Shown here: piece after piece, positions 45,774-55,063 of the stretch
Layout of the letters: each line of letters begins with the position of its first letter
Position numbering within the stretch: position 1 is the first letter of the stretch
From: a virus
Taxonomy: Duplodnaviria; Caudoviricetes
Reading direction: 5' to 3' (one strand)
Length of the DNA: 64,000 bases
IMG/VR virus record: IMGVR_UViG_3300028588_000015
Span: 1 to 64,000 of that record
Position numbers and translations under genes: made by a program
The notes under the pieces: generated by a model
What the model was told of the DNA's origin: nothing
The model's database searches: none
Seen by the model: only the letters and a program-made list of their open reading frames with translations

Positions 45774-47073
45774 GCGCGAGTTTTTCTTGAAAGCCATGCG
45801 CGCTGACGAGTACAAGCGCCGAGCTTGGGTCATCAGCGCGTTCAGCCTGATCAACGAAGGCGGCGAGCAGTGGAAGACCGATCCGTATCCTTACCGGGTG
45901 GTCCAGATGCCCACTGGCCACTTCTTTGTGGACCCGGAAAATGAGGGGCAACTTACCAAGATCGATGACGCCAAAACGGGTGAGCCGCCGTTCTCCTTCA
46001 AAGAACGCATCCCGCTGAAGAAGGGCGACATGCCCAATGTCGGTATGGACATCGACACCAATTACGGTAATGTGCTCGTCAATTACTTGTTGCTGGTGTA
46101 CCCGTTTGGTCACAAGGTGCCGTTCTTGACCGGTAAGATCAAATCACGTCAGGTCGAACAGATCATTCGGGAACGCCTCATGGATACACCCCCGGCGGAC
46201 CAAGCCCGGGATGACAAGTTCCTCTACGTCGACGAATACAAGAAGTTCGCCAATGCTGCATTTGCACTGGTGGCATACACCCAGTTGTGCGTACCCGCTG
46301 CCACGGAAAAGACCATGACCCCGGCTGAGGGCATTCGTGAATTCCGAGACAAGCTGTACGCTGAAAATGCCGGGAAGCTGCACGACCCGGTGGTGATGGC
46401 CAAGATCGACGCGGCCTTGGTGCAGTATGACCGCGATTGGCTCAAAGGCGACCGGGGTGCCGACTATCTCATTTCTGACAAGTCGCTCACCATCGTGCGT
46501 AAGAAACTCTTCAGCACCTTGGGTGCTGAAGGCGGCCTGTCTGACAGTATTGCGGTGAATCCGATCCAGACCTCACTGGAAGAAGGCTGGGACGCTGAAC
46601 GCTTCCCACAGATGAATGACACGCACCGCGCCGGTTCCTTTAACCGCGGTCACTTGACCATGCTCGGCGGCGAATCGGTGAAGTGGCTCTTGCGTGCGTC
46701 GTCCAACATTAACATCGTCAAGGGCGACTGCGGTAGCAAGATTGGCCGCCAGCTGGACATTACCCCGGACACGGTAGGTATGTTACCGGGTTTTAGTATT
46801 GTGGGAAAAGATGGCCCGATCGCCATTCCTGATAAGGAAGCCGCCCAACAATACCTGGGCAAGAAAGTCATCTTGCGTACGCCCCAGTATTGCAAACTCA
46901 AACTTACTGACTTTTGCGAATGCTGTGTGGGTGTGCGTTTGTCAGCCAATCCGAAAGGTGCATCAGTTGCTGTCGCTCAGTACGGCAGTACCCTGATGTA
47001 TATCTTTATGGCAGCGGGACATGGCAAGGCCATGACATTGGCTAAATTCGACTGGAAGAAAGACATTTTCTAA
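45760..47073 (+). CDS. Virion RNA polymerase beta' subunit (gp80-like)
   Basis: RAGSFNRGHLT, GDCGS, LRTPQYC and FCECCVG motifs of the beta' C-terminal region. Confidence 0.85.
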   Translation: MNMNKREFFLKAMRADEYKRRAWVISAFSLINEGGEQWKTDPYPYRVVQMPTGHFFVDPENEGQLTKIDDAKTGEPPFSFKERIPLKKGDMPNVGMDIDTNYGNVLVNYLLLVYPFGHKVPFLTGKIKSRQVEQIIRERLMDTPPADQARDDKFLYVDEYKKFANAAFALVAYTQLCVPAATEKTMTPAEGIREFRDKLYAENAGKLHDPVVMAKIDAALVQYDRDWLKGDRGADYLISDKSLTIVRKKLFSTLGAEGGLSDSIAVNPIQTSLEEGWDAERFPQMNDTHRAGSFNRGHLTMLGGESVKWLLRASSNINIVKGDCGSKIGRQLDITPDTVGMLPGFSIVGKDGPIAIPDKEAAQQYLGKKVILRTPQYCKLKLTDFCECCVGVRLSANPKGASVAVAQYGSTLMYIFMAAGHGKAMTLAKFDWKKDIF

Positions 47074-47133
47074 GTAAATAATTACTTTATACTCCGTATT
47101 GTTATGTAAGTTAACTAAATACGGAGTCTTACC

Positions 47134-48135
47134 TTGACAGTTAAAAATAAACCAATTAAACCAAAAGGTTTTTACGATGTGCCAGGAAATGATCTGGTTT
47201 GGATTGCCCGTGATGGTAGATGCCTAAGTCGGATCACGGGTAATCCCATTAAGGTCCGTGTAAATGAAGCGGGCTATAAAGTAATGGTGGTATACAGCGG
47301 TCAGGGATGTAACCGAGTAGAAAACTTCTACCATCACAGATTGCTGGCGTTAGCTTTCTTGGGGCGCCCACCACGTCATCTAGATAAGCCTTTCGAGGAG
47401 TTAGAGGTTAACCATCTTGATGGCAATAAATCCAATAACCAGCTTGTTAATCTTGAGTGGTGTACCCCAGAAGAAAATCTCGCCCACGCTGCTTTGTTGA
47501 ACTTGAGTAACTACGAGTTCGTCTTAGCGCGTGACATTCGTAATAATTCCATTCGCCGTTTCTGTGGTTCGACAGGATGCTCGGAGGCGTTTGGTGTAGG
47601 CTTTAAACGAATGAACCGGCATCTTCGTTCTAAATTAGCAGGCTATGTTACCAAGAATTGGCATGTGTTTAAATTGGACGATGGCTCCCCGTGGCCGGAA
47701 CTCCGCGACGAGCACTACTGTGAAAACAGTTGGGAATATCGTTTTGGTGTATGGGTAGCGTCGAGCGTTGAGGTGCCGGGGAAGAAAGTCATTGCCTCGA
47801 CTTTACAAGGACTCTGCAATTTGCTGGGGTTTCAGTTTACCACAGCACAGACTGCGTTGAATCGCAAAAAGAAAGGCACGCCATATTGTGGTTGGGTCAT
47901 TCTTTACGACGACTACAGTCTGGAGAAAGCGGTGGAAGAAGTGAACATCTACACTGAACGTGCAATCTTCCCGCCGAAAGATGTGACAGTAACCAACACC
48001 GATACTGGTGAAGTTAAAACCTTCTCTAGTCGCAAGATCGCCGCTGACTCACTCGGCATCCATCCGGATAAAATTCGTTACGCTATGAAGGCTAAAAATG
48101 GGTTAGTGGGTAATCTTCAATTTGTAGAAGCGTAG
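47134..48135 (+). CDS. Free-standing HNH homing endonuclease (NUMOD4-HNH with NUMOD1-like repeats)
   Basis: YHHRLLALAFL..EVNHLDGNKSNNQLVNLEWCTPEEN..H; C-terminal TFSSRKIAADSLGI; lower GC than its neighbours. Confidence 0.9.
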   Translation: MTVKNKPIKPKGFYDVPGNDLVWIARDGRCLSRITGNPIKVRVNEAGYKVMVVYSGQGCNRVENFYHHRLLALAFLGRPPRHLDKPFEELEVNHLDGNKSNNQLVNLEWCTPEENLAHAALLNLSNYEFVLARDIRNNSIRRFCGSTGCSEAFGVGFKRMNRHLRSKLAGYVTKNWHVFKLDDGSPWPELRDEHYCENSWEYRFGVWVASSVEVPGKKVIASTLQGLCNLLGFQFTTAQTALNRKKKGTPYCGWVILYDDYSLEKAVEEVNIYTERAIFPPKDVTVTNTDTGEVKTFSSRKIAADSLGIHPDKIRYAMKAKNGLVGNLQFVEA

Positions 48136-48198
48136 GGATTATCTTCTAATCTTGTGAATCTCTTTTTTCAACACTGACTCCATCAACGAGGATCAATA

Positions 48199-49017
48199 AT
48201 GGGCAAGAACCAACAAAACAATTCGTTTTCCGGTAACAACAAAACTGCCACGCAAGGTGCCACCGATGCCACGACCAGCCCAACCACTGCCGGCAGCACT
48301 GCTGCTGGCAGCGCTCAAGACCAATCCGCAACCCAAGCCGTTCAATCCGCAGGAAGTGATGCGGGAGCAGCGCAAAGCGTTCAATCCGGGCCGGCTGATG
48401 GCGCAGGAAGCGCAGAAAGCAGCCACGCTGTTTCGAGCAGTGTACCGGGGGCAGACACTGTCGCAGACCAGGCAACCGGTGGTGTGGTGACTCCGCCCTA
48501 TCCGCGCGGCCAAACGCCGTACTTTCAGCACTTCGACGAACTTGCTGTCTTCGACCCCCTGCTCAGTGCCCGTCCCGACATCTCGGCACACGCCATCGGC
48601 CTGCTGCAAGACTTCGATGCCTACGTCGGTGCCATGCCGCCCACCAAGCCGATGTCGCAAGCGGAAGGCGCCACTCACCAGCGCCGCCTGTTCCGTACCT
48701 TGCAAGGTATCGTCAACGATCTCGACGGGATCGACTTCGAAGTCGCCTTCGGCCATGTGTTGGCCACCGTCGAAGCCAACGACAACCACGCGTTCGACGA
48801 CCTCGCCGTGTTCCGCTTCTTCGACGCCAAGGAAATGATCCTGCCGACCGAAGACCGCTTGGCCTTCCGCAACTTCCTGAACTTCCTGCTGAAGATCGCC
48901 CCGGCCAAGTCGCGTGCTACCGTGGCATCCCAAGTCAACCTGAACGCCACGTTCGCCAACCGCGCCTTCACGGACGCTGGTCGTTCGCGCGTGCAGGCAT
49001 ACTGCCGCATCGACTAA
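48199..49017 (+). CDS. Conserved protein with low-complexity N-terminus
   Basis: S/A/T/Q-rich first ~95 aa; strong codon bias in the folded C-terminal part. Confidence 0.75.
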   Translation: MGKNQQNNSFSGNNKTATQGATDATTSPTTAGSTAAGSAQDQSATQAVQSAGSDAGAAQSVQSGPADGAGSAESSHAVSSSVPGADTVADQATGGVVTPPYPRGQTPYFQHFDELAVFDPLLSARPDISAHAIGLLQDFDAYVGAMPPTKPMSQAEGATHQRRLFRTLQGIVNDLDGIDFEVAFGHVLATVEANDNHAFDDLAVFRFFDAKEMILPTEDRLAFRNFLNFLLKIAPAKSRATVASQVNLNATFANRAFTDAGRSRVQAYCRID

Positions 49018-49089
49018 CCGACTGCGCGACGAAGCTGCCGCCCAACCCACGTGGCGGCTTCGTCCTTTCCTCCCATATTGGAGAAGAAA

Positions 49090-49914
49090 ATGCATCCAGC
49101 GATGCCGGCCTATTTCACACGCGGATACGTTCGCCAAGTGCAAATGGCCCTGAATGAGAAGACCAAAAGCACTCTCCCCACGACTGGTCGCTTTAATGCC
49201 GCGTGGGTGGTGGTACTGAAAAAATGTCAGATTCTGTGCGGTATTTTGCCGACCGGTAAGTACGACAGTATGACCCAGGCTGAACTCGAGCCTTTCATGA
49301 TGCGCAAGTATCTTCAGCCGCAGGATTACGACGACGTTGCCGAGTTACTTGGCTGCGACAGTGCGACGATCCTGGCTGTGGCCAAAACCTTTATGACGGG
49401 TTCTGGCTTCATCAGCAATGGTAAATGTCGCATTACGTTTAACCGTAATAAGTTCAGCCATGAACTGCGTAAACAGCGCTCAAACGGAGACATTGCCGCC
49501 TTGCACCGAAAGTACCCCTCGATTGTCTCGGACACGAGTGGCGGCTATCTGTGCGAAGAATATGAGTATATACGGTTCTGTGAAGCCATCGGAATCGATT
49601 CGTACAGTGCCATGAAGTCCACGCATTGGGGGATGTTCCAAATCCCTGGTGCCAACTACCGCCAGTGTGGTTACAGCACCTTGACGTCGTTCGGGGTTGA
49701 CATGCAGCAATCGGAACGCCATCAGTTGTTTGCGTTGGCAAGGTTTATCAAAGCGTCGCCAGTTCTGGCAAAGGCGCTCAAAGAAAAGAAGTGGGAAGAC
49801 TTCTGTCGTGAGTATGCGGGTGCTGGATACAAGACGTACCAGTTTCACCTGATCCTCGCCGCCAACTACAAAGACTTGAGCCTGATCAAGATGCGCACCA
49901 AGACGCCCGCGTGA
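49090..49914 (+). CDS. PG-binding plus N-acetylmuramidase (DUF3380)-like protein, catalytic residues degenerate
   Basis: PGBD-like N-terminus; STHWGMFQIPGANYRQCGY and QLFALARFIK; family VES and FERH positions read FMT and FNRN. Confidence 0.72.
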   Translation: MHPAMPAYFTRGYVRQVQMALNEKTKSTLPTTGRFNAAWVVVLKKCQILCGILPTGKYDSMTQAELEPFMMRKYLQPQDYDDVAELLGCDSATILAVAKTFMTGSGFISNGKCRITFNRNKFSHELRKQRSNGDIAALHRKYPSIVSDTSGGYLCEEYEYIRFCEAIGIDSYSAMKSTHWGMFQIPGANYRQCGYSTLTSFGVDMQQSERHQLFALARFIKASPVLAKALKEKKWEDFCREYAGAGYKTYQFHLILAANYKDLSLIKMRTKTPA

Positions 49915-49915
49915 G

Positions 49916-49964
49916 CGGCATAAAGGGAGAAGCTTTCGCCTCTCCCGTTTTTTCTTTTATGCCG
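49916..49964. terminator. Bidirectional terminator flanked by CGGCATAA/TTATGCCG
   Basis: GGGAGA/TCTCCC stem between convergent genes. Confidence 0.8.
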
Positions 49965-50900
49965 CTATTTCAAAGAACGATGCATGAGCTTCTCAATACC
50001 GGCTACCATGTCAGCCAAATGACGTACCACACCGCGCGCTACCCTAAACTCAGCTTCGTCAAATGCATCACGAGTGAAGGGTTCTATTACGTTTTGTTTT
50101 TCGAAAGGTAATTCAAAATAATCTTCATAATGCATTCCGATGCCGTCAAACCCGGTATCCTCTCCGGTTCTGTTGTCCCACAAAGTGGATATGCTTTCTT
50201 CCACGTCATCGAGCATTTCCAGTACAAGGTTAGCCGCTTTCGCGATTTCTTCTTTGGTAAGTGATTTTACATCTGGAGAACGATGCCTGTAATTTGTTTT
50301 ATGTAGGGAGTATCTCATCATTGATGCCCCCTTTTTTTCTTCTAGGAAGTGCCCGCCAGGCAGCTGTTCGATACGTTTCCCTATTTTTGCTAAAGGAGAA
50401 ATGAGTTCTGGCAATTTCTCCTTAAGAGTACTCAGTACATTATCGATGTCTTTTCCATAGACGCCTTTCAATGCACTCTTGGCAAACTCCTCGCGCTGTA
50501 GTGTAATTCTTGCAAAATCGTGACACCAATGTACGATATCTTTACTCCCCTTGGACGCTGCTGAAAGAATCGAAGAATTTAAATGTCCGTTTACTTCAAA
50601 GAGTGGCGCGATATCGTTAACATGTATTAATCCATCAACAGTTTTCTGTTTTTCCAACCAGTCCTTATTACCGTAATATGAATCGATATTGTTTCTCAAT
50701 TCATTGAGGTACTCACGTTCGTCCTCGCCGTGCTGAATTCGGTTAGATAATGATGGCTTATTTGAAAGGAATGGCAATAGCTCATGCATCGCTGATGAAA
50801 AGGATTCTGCGGCGTAGTGCAATGTTTGGTGCTGTTGGTGAACACGCAACAGCGCTTGGCGGATATTCTTGGACATGACTTCCTCGCAATTGGGTAACAT
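49965..50900 (-). CDS. AT-rich hypothetical protein (possibly a virion-protein paralogue)
   Basis: 311-aa ORF; sampled lines are about 37-38% GC. Confidence 0.7.
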   Translation of the reverse strand: MLPNCEEVMSKNIRQALLRVHQQHQTLHYAAESFSSAMHELLPFLSNKPSLSNRIQHGEDEREYLNELRNNIDSYYGNKDWLEKQKTVDGLIHVNDIAPLFEVNGHLNSSILSAASKGSKDIVHWCHDFARITLQREEFAKSALKGVYGKDIDNVLSTLKEKLPELISPLAKIGKRIEQLPGGHFLEEKKGASMMRYSLHKTNYRHRSPDVKSLTKEEIAKAANLVLEMLDDVEESISTLWDNRTGEDTGFDGIGMHYEDYFELPFEKQNVIEPFTRDAFDEAEFRVARGVVRHLADMVAGIEKLMHRSLK

Positions 50901-50908
50901 ACTATTTT

Positions 50909-50955
50909 CGGCATAAGCGCTGGGAGTACCCAGCGCTTATTTTTCTTTTATGTCG
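50909..50955 (-). terminator. Terminator flanked by CGGCATAA/TTATGTCG
   Basis: ATAAGCGCTGGG-AGTA-CCCAGCGCTTAT. Confidence 0.8.
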
Positions 50956-50959
50956 TGTT

Positions 50960-51322
50960 CTATTTATCGTGCTTCAAGATGTGGAAGAAGTACCAAGGGT
51001 TTTTCTTGCATTCCTCCAGTATGGCCACCTTCTGCTCTTTTGTCAGATTCGGATTCCACGGATCAAGACTTTCAAGCGCTTTGTTGATGAATGTACGAGG
51101 AACCGGCTTCTTGACAATTGCGTAACCCGCTTTGTCGAGACTGTCGAGCAAACTATTGGCAATGTTGACCGGATCTTCGTCTCCATCATACCATCCGGAT
51201 AACCTTCCATGGTAAGCGCTATCGTTAAATGCCACACCGAGGGTAACGATGTCCTCTTTTTCAGTCTGATGTTGATTCACCTGCAAGTCGAGTAATGCCT
51301 CAGCAGTAATTTCATGACTCAT
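50960..51322 (-). CDS. Hypothetical protein ending in a terminase-like segment
   Basis: ATG at 51322 with GGAG RBS; C-terminus LDPWNPNLTKEQKVAILEECKKNPWYFF. Confidence 0.65.
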   Translation of the reverse strand: MSHEITAEALLDLQVNQHQTEKEDIVTLGVAFNDSAYHGRLSGWYDGDEDPVNIANSLLDSLDKAGYAIVKKPVPRTFINKALESLDPWNPNLTKEQKVAILEECKKNPWYFFHILKHDK

Positions 51323-51335
51323 GCTTTTACTCCTT

Positions 51336-53192
51336 TTATGCCGCAATTTCTTCTTCAATAGGTGCCGTCACAATTCGGATAGCACCGGGCGGGGTATCGA
51401 CCGTGGCCGGGTAGGCGACTGGACCGATCTTGATGGGTGGTAAACCTTCGTCTTCCAGGAATGCATCCAGGAAGGTATCGGGCTGCGGGCACTTCAGAAT
51501 CACCGTGGCGAATTCCACACAGTTGGTGTGGCCACCCGACAGGTTAATGCCTTGTTCGCGTTGGTCTTCGAACTCCACATCATCGATCCGGTGCAGTTCA
51601 CGCACCGTGGTGTCTTTCGACATGTTAAAGACCGCGCCACCATTCGGGTAACTGGCCGCCACGTCCAAGTCCCCCACGTGGGTATAAATCCGCGTAACCA
51701 TGCTCGGGTAGTCATACAACAACTTCAGTCCGTTCATGGCGATATTACCAGCCGGGAGCGTACAAATCCACCCTTCCACTGGCACGCAGTACTGGTCCAA
51801 TTCGTGGGCCATCTGGTCCGACGTGGTGCCCAAGACATAGCCCTTGGTCTGCACAAAGAAGTGAAGGTTGTCGGCCGAGCAGCGCGGCTGCGACGAGAAG
51901 TCGTGGTAGTCCGAGGCACCCACCATCATTGGCATGGTCAAGCGCAAGTCGTTGGTGTTCTCGTCGAGTAACTCCGGCCCCACACAGTCAAAGACGTTAT
52001 AGATGCTGTATTCGATTTTGTACTGTGTCTGCATGTACTTGTGCCATGCCAGCCCAGATAGGTGGTCGCCCTTGATTCCCTTTAATTTACCGCGTCCTTC
52101 CAAGTGCTTCTTCATGATGGCATCCAGCGCATAGTTGGGTTCATCCGATTCAGCGCCGGTACGGATGCGCTTGTAGGCACACGCTTGGTCAACAAAGTAG
52201 AAGCTCGCTGGACACACGGCCGTATGCCACTGTTCGACCCACTTCAACGGCTTGACCTTGCCGGAAGCTGTGATCATCTTATTCTTGCCCTCGATGTACT
52301 TGAAGTGGCGGTACTTATTGGGCACCAAAGGATCGCAGAAGATGTCTTTAGGGTCCACGTTGGCTTTGGCAAGCGTCAACAGGACTTTGGGCAAGTCGAA
52401 GTTGATGTTCCAGATCGCCACAAAGTCAGGCTTCCATTCGTGCGCTCGTTGGAATACCCGGCGCACGATTTCGACGGGACCATTAACGATCACGACTTCC
52501 CAGTCAATCTTTCTTTTTTCTTTGTCCTCGGCCATGTAGGTTTCAAACGCGGCCAACAACTGACGGATGGGTTCAGGCATGGTACCCATGAACTTCTCGT
52601 CAATGGCCGTAATGATGCGTTTTTTGTACGACAAGCTGGCCATGATGATTTCTTCTGTACCATGAACCACATCAGTTTCAATATCGAACACCGAGACCGT
52701 GGACGGTGTCGTGACGTGGTTGAAACGTTGCTGGTACGTCCGTTTGATCAGGGTCGACGATTTGATGTCGGCGCCATAGATCCAGGGATTGCGTAGCATC
52801 TGGCGCAGGCCGCCATTGACGCTACGCGGTGCGTCAAACCATTTGGGAAAGCGCGGGTTTGGTTGCATGGTCGAGAGCACCTGGGCAATCCGGTGCTTCA
52901 GTTTCGACTGCGTGGTCGTGAAGCGGTCGAGCTTTTCCTTCTTTTCCCATTCCTTCTTTTCCAGGTGATTCTGCCAACCCGTCTTGGTTACATAGAAAGG
53001 GCGTTCATAGTTTTCGATCACGACAGTACGGGGTTCTACCCGACCGTCTTTGTAGGTTACCACTTCCTTGACAAGGTGATAGTCGTTACGCATGCCCATC
53101 GGGGCTTCGCAAAATACCACGTGACGGGCTTCGATACTCTGAATGTCACTGGGTACATTCTTGAGGTACTGAATGAGGTCTTTGATAATCAT
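51336..53192 (-). CDS. Family-B DNA polymerase, N-terminal part: 3'-5' exonuclease plus motif A (gp82-like)
   Basis: ExoI FDIETD, ExoII WNINFD, ExoIII YNVFD, motif A DLDVAASYP. Confidence 0.88.
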   Translation of the reverse strand: MIIKDLIQYLKNVPSDIQSIEARHVVFCEAPMGMRNDYHLVKEVVTYKDGRVEPRTVVIENYERPFYVTKTGWQNHLEKKEWEKKEKLDRFTTTQSKLKHRIAQVLSTMQPNPRFPKWFDAPRSVNGGLRQMLRNPWIYGADIKSSTLIKRTYQQRFNHVTTPSTVSVFDIETDVVHGTEEIIMASLSYKKRIITAIDEKFMGTMPEPIRQLLAAFETYMAEDKEKRKIDWEVVIVNGPVEIVRRVFQRAHEWKPDFVAIWNINFDLPKVLLTLAKANVDPKDIFCDPLVPNKYRHFKYIEGKNKMITASGKVKPLKWVEQWHTAVCPASFYFVDQACAYKRIRTGAESDEPNYALDAIMKKHLEGRGKLKGIKGDHLSGLAWHKYMQTQYKIEYSIYNVFDCVGPELLDENTNDLRLTMPMMVGASDYHDFSSQPRCSADNLHFFVQTKGYVLGTTSDQMAHELDQYCVPVEGWICTLPAGNIAMNGLKLLYDYPSMVTRIYTHVGDLDVAASYPNGGAVFNMSKDTTVRELHRIDDVEFEDQREQGINLSGGHTNCVEFATVILKCPQPDTFLDAFLEDEGLPPIKIGPVAYPATVDTPPGAIRIVTAPIEEEIAA

Positions 53193-53339
53193 AAGCGTAA
53201 TCTTCTTGTTGGCTACACAAATCGGTAATCTCTATGAGTTTCCACTACTTTTTTGTATAGCAGTGTGCTCGGTCAGAATATCTACCGAGCTTGTTATATT
53301 TGACTTAACCAGCTAATATCGGCCTGAGGACAATCCCCC

Positions 53340-54566
53340 ATGCGTATCATGCAAACCAGCTTAGAGTCGGTTGCGTTCCAGTCCACCCAGTTCCGCGACG
53401 AACTGACGGTGGCAATGGAAGCACTCGACGGCCTTGATCCCAAAAAAGTTTCCGACAGCGAACAAGAAGAACGCCTCGGTAAGCTGATTCGGGAATACAC
53501 CGGCATCAACGCCGCAGTTTCGTTCGGCCAGCATATGCCGGCCGTGAAGGTGCCAGACATCAATAAGAATCACAGTCTCATCAACAACTACGTGCGCAAT
53601 TACGTGCTCGGCGCTGACGGCCTGGCAATGCTGCAAAAGAACGATGGCGTCATGCGCGGTGGGATTGACTTGGTGCGCAACAAAGTTTCGGGCGTGTTCA
53701 CTGAATTCCCCGTGATCATCGTGATGCCTGTGTCGATGCTCAAAAGTAACTACACTGCCCGTGAGAAAGCTGCCATCGTCCTGCACGAAGTCGGCCACGT
53801 GTTCTACTTCTACGCATTGATGGCCAACCTCGCCACCACCAACCAAGCCCTGGAATCGATGTCGAAAGCCCTCGACCAGTCCGGCTCGGTGGAGCAGCGC
53901 GAGGTCGTGCTGCTGTCCGTCAAGAAAGCGCTCAAGCTTGACAACCTGAACGAAAAGGAATTGGCCAAGTCGACCGACAAGAAAATCGTCGAAGCTGTCG
54001 TACTGTGTTCGGTGACCCAGCAGTCGCGCAGTCAACTCGGCCGTAGCATTTACGACAGCACCGGCTTCGAGTACCTGGCTGACCAGTACGCCGCGCGCTG
54101 CGGTGCCTACCGTGACTTGGTGACGGGTCTGGAAAAGCTGTACAAAGGCTACCACAACATCTCGTTCCGCAGCTTGCCGACCTACATGTTTGTCGAAGCG
54201 GTAAAGATTTCCTTCCTGTTTTTTGCGCCCTTGGTCACGATCCTGTTGTGCGCGATGGACGGCAACGACGACCGCTACGACCGTCCGGGTGCACGCATGC
54301 TGCGTATCCGCAGCCAGATCATCGAGAACCTCAAGGACCGCGATCTCGACAAGGAAGACGTTGTGCGTTTGGAAGAAGACCTGAAAGTCATCGACCAGGT
54401 GCTCGAAGGCGTCAACGACCGCCGCCAATTCTTCGGTGTGCTGTGGGATGTACTGAGCCCGTCCGCCCGCAAGGATCGCAATTACACCCATCTGCAACAA
54501 GAACTCGAAAGCCTCGCCACCAACGATCTGTTCGCCAAAGCAGCTCAGCTGCGGGTGACTGCATAA
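53340..54566 (+). CDS. Virion protein with M48-like zinc-peptidase motif
   Basis: IVLHEVGH followed by EYLADQYA; start of the structural block. Confidence 0.7.
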   Translation: MRIMQTSLESVAFQSTQFRDELTVAMEALDGLDPKKVSDSEQEERLGKLIREYTGINAAVSFGQHMPAVKVPDINKNHSLINNYVRNYVLGADGLAMLQKNDGVMRGGIDLVRNKVSGVFTEFPVIIVMPVSMLKSNYTAREKAAIVLHEVGHVFYFYALMANLATTNQALESMSKALDQSGSVEQREVVLLSVKKALKLDNLNEKELAKSTDKKIVEAVVLCSVTQQSRSQLGRSIYDSTGFEYLADQYAARCGAYRDLVTGLEKLYKGYHNISFRSLPTYMFVEAVKISFLFFAPLVTILLCAMDGNDDRYDRPGARMLRIRSQIIENLKDRDLDKEDVVRLEEDLKVIDQVLEGVNDRRQFFGVLWDVLSPSARKDRNYTHLQQELESLATNDLFAKAAQLRVTA

Positions 54567-54583
54567 AACACCAAGGAATCAGC

Positions 54584-55060
54584 ATGAAACAACATTACAT
54601 CGAATTCGTCACCCAAGCTCAACACCAAGTCGTCGAGCCACTGCTGCGCTCGCGTATCATCGCCGCAGCGGTGGCCGTGGCTGTCGCTCAGGCCAATCCG
54701 CTGCCAAGTAGCGAAGTCAGTCACGCCGGGGAATACTTCACGAACCAAGTGATGCCGGCGGCGATGAACGCCATTTCCGAATTTAACGAGAACGTGGTGT
54801 TCGACACCCGGTACGCGCTCGACATCGTGCGCCAACTCTGGCAGCTGCGCTACTGGACGGCGTTCCAGCAAACGGAAAACATCATCCTCAAGGGCGAATG
54901 TTTCTTCTCGTCCTACACAGGGATCGACGTCGTCATCTCCGACGCGGTGCGTGCATTCATGGATCAGAATGCGAAGACCGTCGTCAGTCTGTCCCTGTTC
55001 GCTGGCGATGCACTTCGCAACCGTACTGCGACGCAAACTGCCACCTTTATCGGGGGTTAA
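54584..55060 (+). CDS. Putative virion protein
   Basis: ATG at 54584 after AAGGA. Confidence 0.7.
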   Translation: MKQHYIEFVTQAQHQVVEPLLRSRIIAAAVAVAVAQANPLPSSEVSHAGEYFTNQVMPAAMNAISEFNENVVFDTRYALDIVRQLWQLRYWTAFQQTENIILKGECFFSSYTGIDVVISDAVRAFMDQNAKTVVSLSLFAGDALRNRTATQTATFIGG

Positions 55061-55063
55061 ACG

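Noticed and set aside
20022-47136. TTG starts on several genes as evidence of recoding or an alternative genetic code
   Set aside because: TTG is a standard code-11 start with good RBSs here; all three stop codons terminate genes normally
53267-53290. GCTCGGT/ACCGAGC hairpin between divergent genes
   Set aside because: Single 7-bp stem with no T tract or recurrence; could be chance
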